A stretch of DNA of 64,000 nucleotides from Octopus vulgaris (Eukaryota): the NCBI GenBank assembly GCA_951406725.2, contig OX597824.1:4650001-4714000 (forward strand), in the 5' to 3' direction. Shown piece after piece: positions 25,851-38,490 of the stretch. How positions within the stretch are numbered: the stretch's first letter is position 1; every line of letters starts with the position of its first letter. A program made the position numbers and the translations under genes. A model generated the notes under the pieces. The model worked only from the letters and a program-made list of their open reading frames with translations, was not told the DNA's origin and made no database searches.

Positions 25851-28800
25851 TATGCAGCATGGAATTCTGTCAGTGAACAGGTCGTGATTTCAAAGCGATG
25901 ACAATATTTTGACAAATGAAATTTAAATGTCGAAGTGAATCTAACGGTTTTTGTGTGTTTCTTAAATGGTTTATAAACACCTTCCACGCTGCAATTGTTT
26001 TCGTTCCAGCACAAGATCTCAGATCAGGTCACTTGCTATACAAGTACATATCCGTAATATCATTGTCTGCTTTTTTTTTTTAAACTGCTGATGAAAAAAA
26101 AAATAAGGATTAAAATAAATGGTGGTGGGCAGGGAATGAACATATTTATCTGACAACCCAAAATATGCTGAAAGTATACCCTACCCCTCATTCCATGAAT
26201 AAATAAGCAAATAAACCTGGCAGGAAACTTGGCAAACTGTATGTCATGAATCAAGAACATTCCCATACCTGTAATTATCCTCTAGATCGGGGACAGTTCT
26301 ATTTCATGCACCTCTATTCATAATCTTAAAGCAAGGCCCAAAGCTTTGCTGTGGCTCTGTGTAATTGGTGTGTGTTTCATTACTTCGTTACCTTGTCATC
26401 CTCAAATGAATAGCATGGAAATGGCACTTGAGGATCTTGAAGTGGGATGATTTAATTAGACAGAATGAGAACTAATTTCGTGGTGGTACAACAACAATAA
26501 AACCAACAGCAGCAGCAGCAGTAAAAGGTATTTCTATTTTCTTTGTTGTTTGACGGGCAGACATTAGACAACGCCTTCATTACAATCACTGCCACCAATA
26601 CTACCATATCCATTACTAAACACTGCCACCAATATTTCTAACCATCAAAATGCAAGGGAGAGACGTGGTGAGGTAGAGTTTGTGGTAACCGACGAATTGG
26701 TTAGATACATAACTGGATGACTATGTGAATATATGGATAGTTAGGTGGGTGGTTAGTTAGAATGGTAGGAATGTAACTGCATGAATGAATGGCTATCTAG
26801 GTGGAATGCTGGACTACATGGAAGTTTAAGATGAATGAAAAATTTGATGGATGTTCTGAGAGATGACTAGATACAGTGGTAGGTGATTGGATAAACTTCA
26901 AAAGGGGTGTGATAAAATATTTGCTGATTGGTAAAGCTTCATAGAAGGAGTGAGTAAATATTTGCTGATTGGATGGTTTCTTAAGGTGCTTAGATTTGGG
27001 TACAGAAAGACTCTCAGACTAGTTTCATGGAAAAGTGTTTGATATATCTGGTTGTAGAGCTTTATAAACAGAGTGAGTTGATGGGTCATTGGGAGTCTAG
27101 ACAGACAGATAGGAGTGGTCAGACAGATAGGAGTGGTCTTTGGTAAAATATTAGGCTTATGATTAGCTATCTGGGGTGTTGGGAGATGGGGGTTCAATAT
27201 CATACTAGCTGGAAAATCAGCAGGCTGAATGGCAACTTTATATAGGGCTGTTCAGCCAATATAATAACTCCATATAACAGTTGACTGCTTCCTTGAAGAG
27301 GTTTGACACCAAAATGTCAAAAACAGAGAAGAGGGAACATGAAACAGTCACAGAATTGGTGGTTAAAAAAGGGAAAGTGAAAGAGAGAGATGATCCTCCC
27401 CTGTCTCTCTTCTCTAGAGAGGGAAAGAGGAAGATAATACACTCTTTTTCTCTCTCTCTCAATCTCTCTTTAACTAGTAAACCTGTGACCTTTATCTTAA
27501 CACCCAATTTCTTCTGTATTTAATCAATGAGGGGTCTTCTAGACCTTCCTAATAAAACATAGAGGGGTAAAGAAAGAGTCAGCAAGAGTCTGTTTAGAAA
27601 GAGGAAACAAAGTCTTCATTTGTTCTCTAATTAGTTAGGGAACTGGGTGCTGGTTAGAGAGGTTGTCTATAGTTCTCTAATTAAAAACGGAGAGAGAAGG
27701 GACAATACAAATGAGTTGCTAAGAATTCAGATCATTTTAACTAAAATGAAAGAAAAAGGAACCTAGGGAGTTCTAATGACAATGAGGTAAAGGAAAGCTT
27801 CTACATCTCTGATTAGAGAAAATAAATGGGGGAAGATTAAAAGATGGGATACGAGGGAGGGAGACTATGTGAAGGGTGAACTTTAGAGAGGTTTCTAATT
27901 AAAGGGACAGAAAAGTACAATTGAGTAAGGGAATACTTCAAATGAGAGAGAGGACAGTGAAAAGAGGGTGAGAGAGAAAGACAGGGGGAGAAAGAGAATA
28001 AGAGAGTAGAAAAGAAAGTAACAGAAAAGGAGGGGGGAGAAAATAGAAAAACATGTAAAGAGAGAGAGAGAGAGAGAAAGAAGAGAGAGAGAGTGGAGGG
28101 AAGGAAAGAGGGAGCAAATGAAATCTAGAAAAAAACCATATAACAGCAATAATTTGGAATTGGGACTGTTTTCTCCCTTTTTGCTCTCCCTCTTTCCACC
28201 ATTTCTTAGAGACATATTCTAATTTATCTTAACACAATCCATCTTTTACACTGTCTTTTTTGGTTGCATCTTCTAAATCATTTCTCTCTCCTTCTCAGTC
28301 TTCAATTATCCATTTGTAAATTTCTAATTCATAAAAACTGATCAATAAATAGATAAAACACTTTCTGTCTGTGTGTTAAGGACATAAATACACACATACA
28401 TAATCCCTTTTCATCAGTCATTAGGTGAACGCCCAGAGCAGGGGTTTTGTCACTACGTATAAAGCAAAATCAATCATTATAAAATACCTTGCAAAATTCA
28501 AATTCTGTTTTACTTAAAACTATAAAAATTTTAAAACAAGATCCAAATAAGTTAATTCAGTTCAAAATTTGCAATGGAAGTCATGTGTGTGTGTGTGTGT
28601 GTGTGTGTGTGGCAATAGAAGCATGAAAACTTCAAATGACTGCGAGTGTCCCTCTAACATATATATGTGTATGAGTGAGTGGAAAAATGAAAGAAAGTAG
28701 TACTGTAGACCTATGTGGCCCACACACAATGGCAGATATAAAATCCCTGCACCTTGCAGAGGTTACATCCTACTTTCGCTCAGGCTGGTCACACAAACTC

Positions 28801-29182
28801 ATATGCAACATGACACCATCAAATTGGTTACCTGCTCATGTGGGAACTGTTGTTGTTGCTGAAAACTGTTTAACTGTCACCAACATTCTGACTGCTCTGC
28901 TATGCGTAACATCCAATGTAAGAATTGACATTGTTGAAACATCTATCACACACTGCACAATGCCAAAATCTAGTCTTCTTCCAATCAAAGACCTGATGCC
29001 ACTAAGATAACTAAAACAACCACAGGACATGAACTGATCAGTGGTGGCCTAAATACTCTAACCCAGAAACCCTTTCGAATCTCTTATAAATTCCCTTCAT
29101 TCTAACTCTGAACATCTGATGATATGGCTATGCTCTATGCCAACAAAACTTCAACTAATGTGGATCTGTAACAAACTGTTAT

Positions 29183-29245
<63 letters not shown>
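29183..29245. repeat. (TA)n microsatellite
   Basis: Direct reading. Confidence 0.95.
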
Positions 29246-29248
<3 letters not shown>

Positions 29249-30229
29249 TGGGACAAAGAAGTGAAGGCTGGTCTCAAGATGCTGTGCATTCCAGAGGGGG
29301 TGACAAAGGACCAAGGTGACTGGCAGTTTGCTGTGCTCTAAAAGACTCATCCACCACTGCAAATACGATGTCCTAAAAGCATTCTCTATATGCTTGTAAT
29401 CCATTCTGCCCTGTGAAGCATTCCTTGTATTTCATTTCTCCTGACACTCAGCCCTGCATCACTCCTCTATCTGTGGCACAACTTGACAGTAGCATTGGCA
29501 CATACTACTTGCCCCTCTTTCTTTGCCCTACCAGTTATCTCCTCCCCACTGGCACCAATTACGTCCCTTTCCTCCATCATTCTCCTCCTTCCCCACCTGC
29601 ACCTGTCGTCTCTTTTCTGTGCCATCAGTTACCTCTCCTCTGCAATACTCCGTTCAACACCACATACCTGCTTTCATTCTCAGCACCCTCTCATATCCAC
29701 CATCACACCCAACTCCCTATAGCTACATTTAAGTACCCTTACATCTCCCTCCTCACAACTCCTACACCTTACACATCACCTCCCTACCTTCTGATCTCTT
29801 CTTCCTGAACTACTTCTATCTCACTCTCTCTCTTTCCATACCGATATTTCCCATCAACCGTACCTCCACCCTTATTCATCTATCATTACATTCACCTCTA
29901 CCCTTATGTCTAACCATCTCTTACTCTCCCCCTCACTCTCCTCCCCTCCTCTGATCCACGGTCTCCATCCTCTCTTATGCTCACCTTCTTCTTATACCTT
30001 GAGAATTTACTCCGGTGTGCCATCACTACCATCTTCATCTCCTCCCCAACTACCTCCACCCACTTCTACATGTGTGGCAGCCAAGTACCTCCTCCGTATC
30101 AAGATACCTATGCTTGACCCTTTATTGTACTTTAAGCCTTTCAACACCTGGCATAAAGCCACCCCTCCCCCCCCCCTCACACACACATACACACACGGTA
30201 GTGGGAGCCTTCTCTCCTTTTCCTCTTTT

Positions 30230-30690
30230 GCCTGTCTTGTAAGTTACTCAGCAACCTCATTAGTACCTATTTCTTTACTACCCACAAGGGGCTAAACACA
30301 GAGGGGACAAATAAGGACAGACAAACGGATTAAGTCAATTACATCGACCCCAGTGCATAACTGGTACTTAATTTATCGACCCCTGAAAGGATGAAAGGCA
30401 AAGTCGACCTCGGCGGAATTTGAACTCAGAACATAATGGCAGACGAAATACGGCTACGCATTTCGCCCGGTGTGCTAACGTTTCTGCCAGCTCGCAACCT
30501 CATTAGTACCAATGGCACGAACAGGCACCCAGTGCATATTGTAATGTGGTTGGTGTTAGGAAGGGCACCCAGTCTTAGGAACCATGCTAAGGCCAACACT
30601 TGAACTCAGAGCAGCCCTGTCATTTGCCAGACCCTTTCAAAGCATCCAACCCATACCAGCAAGAAAAATGGACATTAAATGATGATGCTG
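30230..30690 (+). mobile_element. Decayed family C element interrupted by a family A SINE
   Basis: GTGGTTGGTGTTAGGAAGGGCAC...CCAACCCATACCAGC..GATGATG resumes after the nested SINE. Confidence 0.7.
30268..30493 (-). mobile_element. tRNA-derived SINE, family A with 17-bp TSD
   Basis: TSD GCAACCTCATTAGTACC at 30251-30267 and 30494-30510. Confidence 0.92.
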
Positions 30691-31474
30691 TTGTATATTA
30701 CAGTTGAAAACTACCTAAATAAATCAAGACATCTACTAAATTACACAACAAAACTATTTCATATTTAATCTAGTTATTGTACAATTCTTTTTATAAATAA
30801 TTTTCTTTTTAAATATCACTTATCATATATTAATTTACTTACTGCATATATGTAAACAGATTTCCATGTACGTGTTTTTTATTTTTGATACAATAACATT
30901 TCACTTGTAGACTTTACTTTTTAAAAATGATTCTTCTCAACAAAAACATTTAGAATTCATGTAGTAGCATGTAAATTTTCTTTAATTTTAGCATTTTTCT
31001 TATCTGTACTACAATATTCCATATACAATATCATCTGAAATAGTTCCTCAAATATTAGGCATTTCTTTCAATAATCATAAAAGAAATCACGTTTGAGGAG
31101 AAGAATATATATAAAGATGGCAAACATCATCATCATTGTTTCAGCTTCTACTTTCTCATGCTTGTGTGGGTCCGGAATAATTTGCTGAGACAGGTTTTCT
31201 GCTGCCAGATGTTCTTCCTATCACCAACATTCACTTGTTTCCAAGCAGGTAGTATTTCCCATATCGTTAGACATATTTTCACAAAAAAAAAATTGGAAGA
31301 AAACAACACATCTTGTATGATGGTGACACTTGTTTACAACTATTTCATGATGTCAGTACAAAGACACACACACACACACACACATATATACTGAGAGAGT
31401 GCGGGGGGGGAGAATGGGCTAGATGCAAAATGTATATGTGTATGTATATATATATATGTATATATATAAAGTTA

Positions 31475-31655
31475 ATCCAAACAAGAAAGCACAAAAAAAC
31501 ACAACAACGCGAGGACATGGAACAAATATAGTATTATTGGACGCTCAGGAAAGAAGGAGGGTTTAACGTTTCGAGCGGAGCTCTTCGTCGGAAACATAGG
31601 AGAAGGAAAGATCCAGAGAAGGGAAGACAGAGGAAAAAAATCGCCAATGGTACAC
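31475..31655 (-). mobile_element. Probable Penelope-like terminal (pLTR) fragment with hammerhead-like core
   Basis: Minus strand CCGACGAAGAGCTCCGCTCGAAACGT; CpG-rich relative to its flanks. Confidence 0.5.
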
Positions 31656-32439
31656 ATATATATATATGTAGTCTTGGCTGATCTATATATATATATGTAG
31701 TCTTGAATTTCATGGAGGCGATGAGAAAAGACTGGGATGATTGATGAGCATTCTTGAGAAGACACATCCACCACCACTGGTAGAAACTGGTAGAGTTCTG
31801 GTAGAAGTGTGTGAGTGGGTGTATGTAACACTGGGCTCTTTATCTAATTTCATTCTTCTTCAAGACACCCAAACATCACAGCCACTACCCATCACCTCCC
31901 GAACTGCAGTTCTTCTTTGATACCATTTATTTTTTACAACTCAGAACCATTACACTTGTTACCCACTAATACAGCTCACTCCATCTACACTTTCCCCCAT
32001 TGAGCCACCACAGCACATCTTCTCCCCTCCCACCATGCATTCCATCCTCCTCATACAGTACACCTGCCTCTCTCTTCCCCATCCACTTCTGCAACCGACC
32101 CATCATGTCATCTTTTTTTCATCCTCCTTGTGTTAACTGTATCATCATTCTGCTGCCTTTGCCTGATCAAATATCTCCTACTCCCCACTCACTCACTCCT
32201 GATCTCTCTGCTCCAACCATTCCTACCTACTTCGTTCCTTGAGGCTCCACCATCATTATTTTTATTATTTTCCAGCCCCACCTGATCACCCCTATCATCT
32301 AGAATGTGAGTAGCCTTGTAGCTCCTCCACAACTAGAAACCTGTTCTACTCAGACCCTTTCTCTCTACCTTCATCTCTCTTTGTTCCTCATCTCCCAGAA
32401 TAATGTTGCTCCTATAGGGTTTGCAGTTTTTCAACCTGT

Positions 32440-32645
32440 ATGGCACACCTCACTAATGCTACTGACACAAAGGTAAGCACCCACTACATGATGGAGAGTA
32501 GCTGGTGTTAGGAAGGGCATCATAAAAGCCATGCCAAAGCAGATGCTGTGGCACAACGTAGACCTAGAGCCCACTGAATCCTGTCAAACCATCTAATCCA
32601 TGCCAGCATTGAACATAGTCATTAAATAATGATGATGATGATGAG
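32440..32645 (+). mobile_element. Decayed family C element
   Basis: GTTAGGAAGGGCATC..CATGCCAGCAT..(GAT)n. Confidence 0.7.
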
Positions 32646-32886
32646 GAGAAGGATGACAAGCTACCTTCAGTTTCTCTCTGCCTACATTCACTCTCAAGGT
32701 TTTAGTTGTCTTGGTGCTGTAAGTAGAAGACACTTGTTCAAGATGTCACACAGTGGGACTGAACTTAAAACCACATGGTTGGAAAGCAAACTTTTTAACC
32801 ACACAGCCATGCCTGCATCTTAGTCTTTTTATTCACAGATGTAAATATACAAGTTATTTACAAACCCTGCACAATGCTGGAAATTG

Positions 32887-32922
<36 letters not shown>

Positions 32923-32929
32923 ATGCGTG

Positions 32930-34620
32930 CGTGGATCTAAAATGAAATCAAAATTTTAAAAAAGTAAATTTATTTATAATTTAATTAGACTTTTCTCCTT
33001 TGAAACGGTTCCTACTGTTGTTGATGCACCACTTCCAGCATTCTTCCCAGTTGCCCGTTTTGGGAATATGCTTTGAGATAAATTTTCAGTGGTAGTTTGC
33101 AATCTTTGTAGTGAATTTTCTTTAATATCTTTACCTTCCATCATTTGAAATCAGCAACCTTTCATAGTTGATTTCCATATTGGGAACAAAAAAACACAGC
33201 AGGGGCCAAAATCTAGAGAACAAGGCAGCCGAGGATGAGAGTTATCTCGTGCTTTGCCAAAAAAGACAGACAAAAACTGACACATAGTAAATATATTGTT
33301 GTGGTGCAGCATCTAGATTTTCTTTGTCTAAGCTTCAGAAACTTTTTCTTTGCATTGCCTCACGTCAATCCCATCCATCAAGACATTCAAATAAAACTTT
33401 TTATTGATCAGTTGAATATGTAAAACAAATTCTTTCAATCAAAAAAAAAGTCAACAAACATCACTTTCATGTTTGAGCAAGTCTGACAGACTTTCTTTGG
33501 CTGCAGTGACAATCTTCAAACTCTCTGCAATGATTGTGTTTTTTTCTTTCAACATCATCATAGCTGTACACCTACGTCTTGTAACTTGTTATGACACTTT
33601 GCAGAATGTTTACATCAGCTTTCAAACAACCAAACAGTTCCTAATTGACTGTGATTTAGTTCTCTTTCTGTTCATCTGTAAATAAGCTCTGCAGCAACCT
33701 GTTAAATCTTTATACAGTTTTTTCTTTATCTATCTCTATTTCTTATATTTATCATAGGTATGTGCATATTTGTCTATTGTGTGTGTATTACACTGTTTGA
33801 AGGTTTTGGGGGGATTTTTTTTCTCCCTTGTGTCTTTAATCATCATGTGGTGTGGTGGTGGATGAGTGAGATTAAAGTATTATCAATGCATAGAAATGAC
33901 ACAACATTTAGACAGATCACAGAGGCTACACACATAGCCATGGACAAACCAAACCTCAACAGAAAACACGAATGGAACAATAACACCCATCACCACATCA
34001 CACACGACTAAAGACAGAAGGGAGCAAAAAAAAAAAACGAAAAGAAAACAGATGCAGTGTAATACACTGACAATAGACGAATATGCACATACCTATGATA
34101 AATATGTTAAATCTTTAATTTTCATTTTAAAATCATGTCACAAACTTTTACAGATTCTTGTATATTTAGAAATTTCAAAGAGAGTCATACAACGATTTTC
34201 AATGATACCAGCATGAACCTTATCAATGTGATATTGCCCATTGTCATGAAAAACGATTCAAATAAGGGATCACCTTTGGCGAATGTTTTTGATTTGAAAC
34301 ACTGGTAATACTAGTGATATCAAGTATGGCTTAAACAATCCTCCTCATTAACCAGCTTCAACATTTAACAAGTCCCTGTAAAACGTTTTCCCCATCTGAA
34401 ACAGAATTTCACATAAATATGTTGTCCTTGCAAATATTTTCATTATTCCCCTTGCAACAAACAAAGCCAAACACTCTGGTTCACGTATAAGAACAGCTAA
34501 TTTGACAGTAAGATATGGATATTATTAGAAAGACAGTTCAGGTAATCCAGGCACAGCACTGCAGTGAAAAGCATGCTGTGTCAGCTGGTTGACATCCCCT
34601 TTTAAAGTTTCATTTTCCCT
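32930..34620 (-). mobile_element. Highly decayed mariner element interrupted by a Penelope-like insertion
   Basis: Minus frames give QHIYVKFCF (N-terminus) near 34410 and HPRLPCSLDFGPCCVFLFP (compare mariner HPPYSPDLAPCDFFLFP) near 33200. Confidence 0.65.
33713..34104 (+). mobile_element. Penelope-like element 3' fragment with inverted terminal copy and 13-bp TSD
   Basis: RQITEATHIAMDKPNLNRKHEW (GIY-YIG C-terminal-like) between ~120-bp inverted repeats; TSD TGTTAAATCTTTA at 33700-33712 and 34105-34117. Confidence 0.75.
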
Positions 34621-35179
34621 CAAAAGAGAGTGTGTATATGTGTGTGGTGTGCACATGCAAATATAAATGAATATGTCATGAAAATACATCTAAAACATAA
34701 GCTTAACATATATACACATATTTAGAGTGCACAGATATTTATATAACATGTGTATGCATGCGAGTTATGAAAGAAGTCTAACATATTTATGTGTGACACA
34801 AATAGCAAAGAAAACATGTTCGTGCTAAAAAAAAGTTATCACACACGGCATTTATATTGTAATGACATAAAACTGAACCCCAAGAATAGTACCTTCAAAT
34901 CTATAACATAGCTCGATAAGCCAGGACAAAAAAAAACCATTCAGGTATCTCATAACATGCATAATATGCATTTAGAGCATAGATGCTGCCAACACACACA
35001 CTCACAAATGCAACATAGCAACACGTGAATAATGTGAGTATACCAGATAAAAACCAGTAAAAACATTAATATGTACACACCACTAAAATGCTCATGAACC
35101 ATCATACTAAGATCCAATGAGGGAGACTCTATACAATCACATGATCTGCTAGAAATAACAGCTAAATATCCTCAAATAT

Positions 35180-35597
35180 AGGTGTAGGAGTGGCTGTGTG
35201 GTAAGTAGCTTGCTTACGAACCACGTGGTTCCGGGTTCAGTCCCACAGCATGGCACCTTGGGTAAGTGTCTTCTACTATAGCCTCAGGCTGACCAAAGCC
35301 TTGTGAGTGGATTTGGTAGACAAAAACTGAAAGAAGCCATCGTGTGTATATATATATATATATGTGTGTATGTGTGTATATATGTTTGTGTGTTTGAGTT
35401 TGTCCACCCAACATCACTTGGCAACCGATGCTGGTGTGTTTACATCCCTGTAGCTTAGCGGTTCGGCAAAAGAGAGCAATAGAAAAAGTACTAGGCTTAC
35501 AAAGAATTAGTCCTGGGGTCGATTTGCTCGACTAAAGGCGGTGCTCCAGTATGGCCACAGTCCCATAACTGAAACAAGTAAAAGAGTAAAGAGAGTA
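35180..35597 (+). mobile_element. tRNA-derived CORE-like SINE, family B, full length
   Basis: TGGCTGTGTGGTAAG (A box), GGGTTCAGTCCC (B box), CACCTTGGGTAAGTG core-like motif, internal TA/TG tract. Confidence 0.92.
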
Positions 35598-35599
35598 AA

Positions 35600-35646
<47 letters not shown>

Positions 35647-35769
35647 AGAGCAGCATGGGTGCTTTTCATGTGGACTGGCAAAGGAGAGCATTTCATGTGA
35701 GCCAGCATGAGTGTGTTTTATGTGGACTGGTACAAGGCAACTTACAAGGATAAAAAAAAACCCTCCAAC

Positions 35770-35985
35770 AAGTGGTAGAGGGAAGCATTAACAATTCTGT
35801 TGTGGTAGATGGGTCTTCTTAAGTACAGAAAGTCCCTTTGTCACCTCCTTTGTAAGGGTCAGTGTCTTGAGATCGGTCTTCAGTACTTCTTCCCATGTAA
35901 TCATGTGTCTCTCCCTTTCACGAGCTCCATCCACTTTGATATATATGTATCTTCTACTGAGCCATGCTGGAGCACCATCTTGCAT
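35770..35985 (-). mobile_element. RTE-like LINE 3' remnant
   Basis: KVDGARERERHMITWEEVLKTDLKTL (compare RTE G.R.RGRPRKTW.E.V..DL). Confidence 0.6.
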
Positions 35986-36045
35986 ATGTTTGTATGCGTA
36001 TATGTATGTGGAGGAGAGAGAGAGAGAGAGAGAGAGATCAGCTAA

Positions 36046-36444
36046 TCTTTATATATAAAAGTGAGGTTGTGTGCTGTCTGTCTCCTACGATTTAGATTCC
36101 TAACTACTCCCACATTTTGCGGTGCAGTTTAACCAAAACCGGGTATCTTATAGTCGTGATTCATATCGAACCCTTCTGGGTATTAGCACGCGTCTACGAT
36201 GAGTCTACGATTTTAAAAAAAATTACCATCATTTTTTTCCATTTTAATGCATTTTTTCGCTATTATATAAGGGAAGTAACTCTCTAAAAATGTCTACGAT
36301 GAGTCAACGATTTTTAAAAAAATTTACCATCATTTTTTTTCCATTTTTAATGCATTTTTTTGCTATTTTTTTGGCTATAACTCTAAAAATGCTTATATAG
36401 TTATTTCCCTTACAAACCCAAGCAACGCCAGGCGATACTGCTAG
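36046..36444 (+). mobile_element. Non-autonomous Helitron
   Basis: A|TCTTTATATATAAAA start; CCCAAGCAACGCCAGG..CTAG|T end; internal duplication with 100-bp period (36192/36292). Confidence 0.85.
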
Positions 36445-36523
36445 TAAGTCATAAATTTATCAAAAAAACTCTTTGATACATAGTCAAATATTTAAAACTA
36501 AAGAAATAGTAATAATAATAATC

Positions 36524-36773
36524 TTTTATCTTTTACTTATTTCACACATTTGACTATGGTCATGCTGGAGCACCACTTTGAAAGGCTTTAGCCAAACAAA
36601 TCAAACTTAAGATTTATTTTTCTCTTTTAACCCAAGTACTTATTCTATTGGTCTCTTTTGCCAAACCACTAAGTTATGGGGATGTAAACACACCAGCACC
36701 AGTTGTCAAGTGGTCGGTAGGGGGACAAACATAGACACAAAGATACACACATAGATATATACATATACATATT

Positions 36774-36830
<57 letters not shown>

Positions 36831-36950
36831 GCACACACACAATGGACTTCTTTCACTAAATCCACTCACAAGGCTATAGTAGAAGACACTTGCCCAAGGT
36901 GCTATGCAGTGAGACTGAACCCGGAACCATGTGGTTGAGAAGCAAGCTTA
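36524..36950 (-). mobile_element. SINE, family B
   Basis: Reverse complement of the 35180-35597 type. Confidence 0.85.
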
Positions 36951-36959
36951 CATTTCTCA

Positions 36960-38020
36960 GAAAGATTGCATGTCAATATCTTTTTATCAGGAGCTGGTCA
37001 TAACTGATGACCATGGGTCCTGTCAATTTCCTCATTCCAGTTACATTGACACAACTCTCCTCAAAATCCTGGCTGTTCCAAGCAGTGCTGTTTTCTGTAG
37101 CATCTCAGTCTTGATAGTGAGTCCAAGTTTGCCAAACCACTTCTGAAATTGGTTTGTCACGGTTCAAAGTGTCCCTATCACAAAAGGTTTAACATCCACT
37201 TTCCTGAGTTTCCACGAATGTGCTACCTCATGCTTCAAATCTTGGTGCCTATCCACTTTAATCCTTCTTGCTTTCTACCACACAGATATCTCCTGGGATG
37301 GCAAAGCCAATAATCCAGCAATGTCTTTCTTCTTTCTCAGTCAGGATCAAATCAGGTCTCCTTGCTTCAGTCACACTGCACCCATAGCAATTTCACCATA
37401 TCGTTTTCCATTACAGAACGTGGCTGGTGTTCATAAGACTTGTCAGCTCATTCCAAGTTGTATTTCCCACATAAAAACCAATGTACAATTTGTTTAAAAC
37501 ATTGTCATGCCCTCTTGTACTTCTACTGTGCCAAAAGAGCTACATTCACATACAATGTGGCTTGTGGTGTCACTAAAAACACATTCTGCACAATGGTGAT
37601 TCAGTTATTTTGTTAATGTGGAATAATTGTACATAGTTAGTTCTTAATGCTTGCTCTTAAGCAGCACAAACAAGAGCTTCAGTCGCTTCTTTCAAATCCC
37701 CCTTACTCATCCAAGCCCATGTCTATTGTTTGTTGATCTTTCCATATCTATATCTCTTAGGACCTGTCCGTGCATTACTCCGTCTTTCAATTCTGCAGTC
37801 TTCTTTCCAACTTCATTTTTCTTGAACTCCTCTTTGTTGGTGCACAATTCTGTTTTTTTTTTTTATGATCCCAGCCAACTTAACTCCCATGAGTAATGGT
37901 TCTGTGCTGTTACAAAAGACTATTTTCTTTACTTCTTATGCAATCTTCACAGCCTATCATATCTCTTCCATGGTAAGCATATCCTATGCACGTCACTTTT
38001 AGGATGTAAAGATCTATACA
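36960..38020 (-). mobile_element. Decayed Dong/R4-like retrotransposon 3' fragment
   Basis: Minus frame EMLQKTALLGTARILRRVV (RLE C-terminus) plus decayed upstream motifs; abuts (TAT)n. Confidence 0.8.
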
Positions 38021-38026
38021 TTGTCA

Positions 38027-38040
38027 ATTATTATTATTAA

Positions 38041-38077
<37 letters not shown>

Positions 38078-38125
38078 GTTTTTATTATTATTATTATTAT
38101 GATTATGATTATTATTATTATTATC
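38027..38125. repeat. (TAT)n microsatellite
   Basis: Direct reading. Confidence 0.95.
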
Positions 38126-38129
38126 ATCA

Positions 38130-38490
38130 TTCTGGACAAGGGGAAAAAAGAGTGCTTTGTCATAGATGTGGCTATATCTGTAGACATGAATGTAGCAGTC
38201 AAGGAACAGGAGAAAATAGGATTTGGTTAGGGAAATATAAAAACTCTGGAGGGTTCCTACAAAAGTAATCCTGGTTGTTAGAAGTGCTCTAAGTACTGTC
38301 ACCAACAGACTTAACATTTCTCTTATTCAATTTGGTGTAACTACAAGAGTTGCATTAATTCAGAAATTTGTTCTGTTGAGAACAGCGAGTATCATAAGGT
38401 CTTTGATATCTAAGGAAACTGGTTGTGACCTAGTGTCAAGGAAATTCACTCCAAATGTAAAACATTCAAGCATACCATGACTAATAACAT
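38130..38490 (+). mobile_element. Dong/R4-like RLE endonuclease remnant
   Basis: KKECFVIDVAISVDMNVAVKEQEKI and IQKFVLLRTASII motifs. Confidence 0.7.

Noticed and set aside
26398-26445. Small hairpin containing AATGGCAC (miR-183/263-like seed)
   Set aside because: Only the seed matches, the stem is short, and the rest differs from the family sequence
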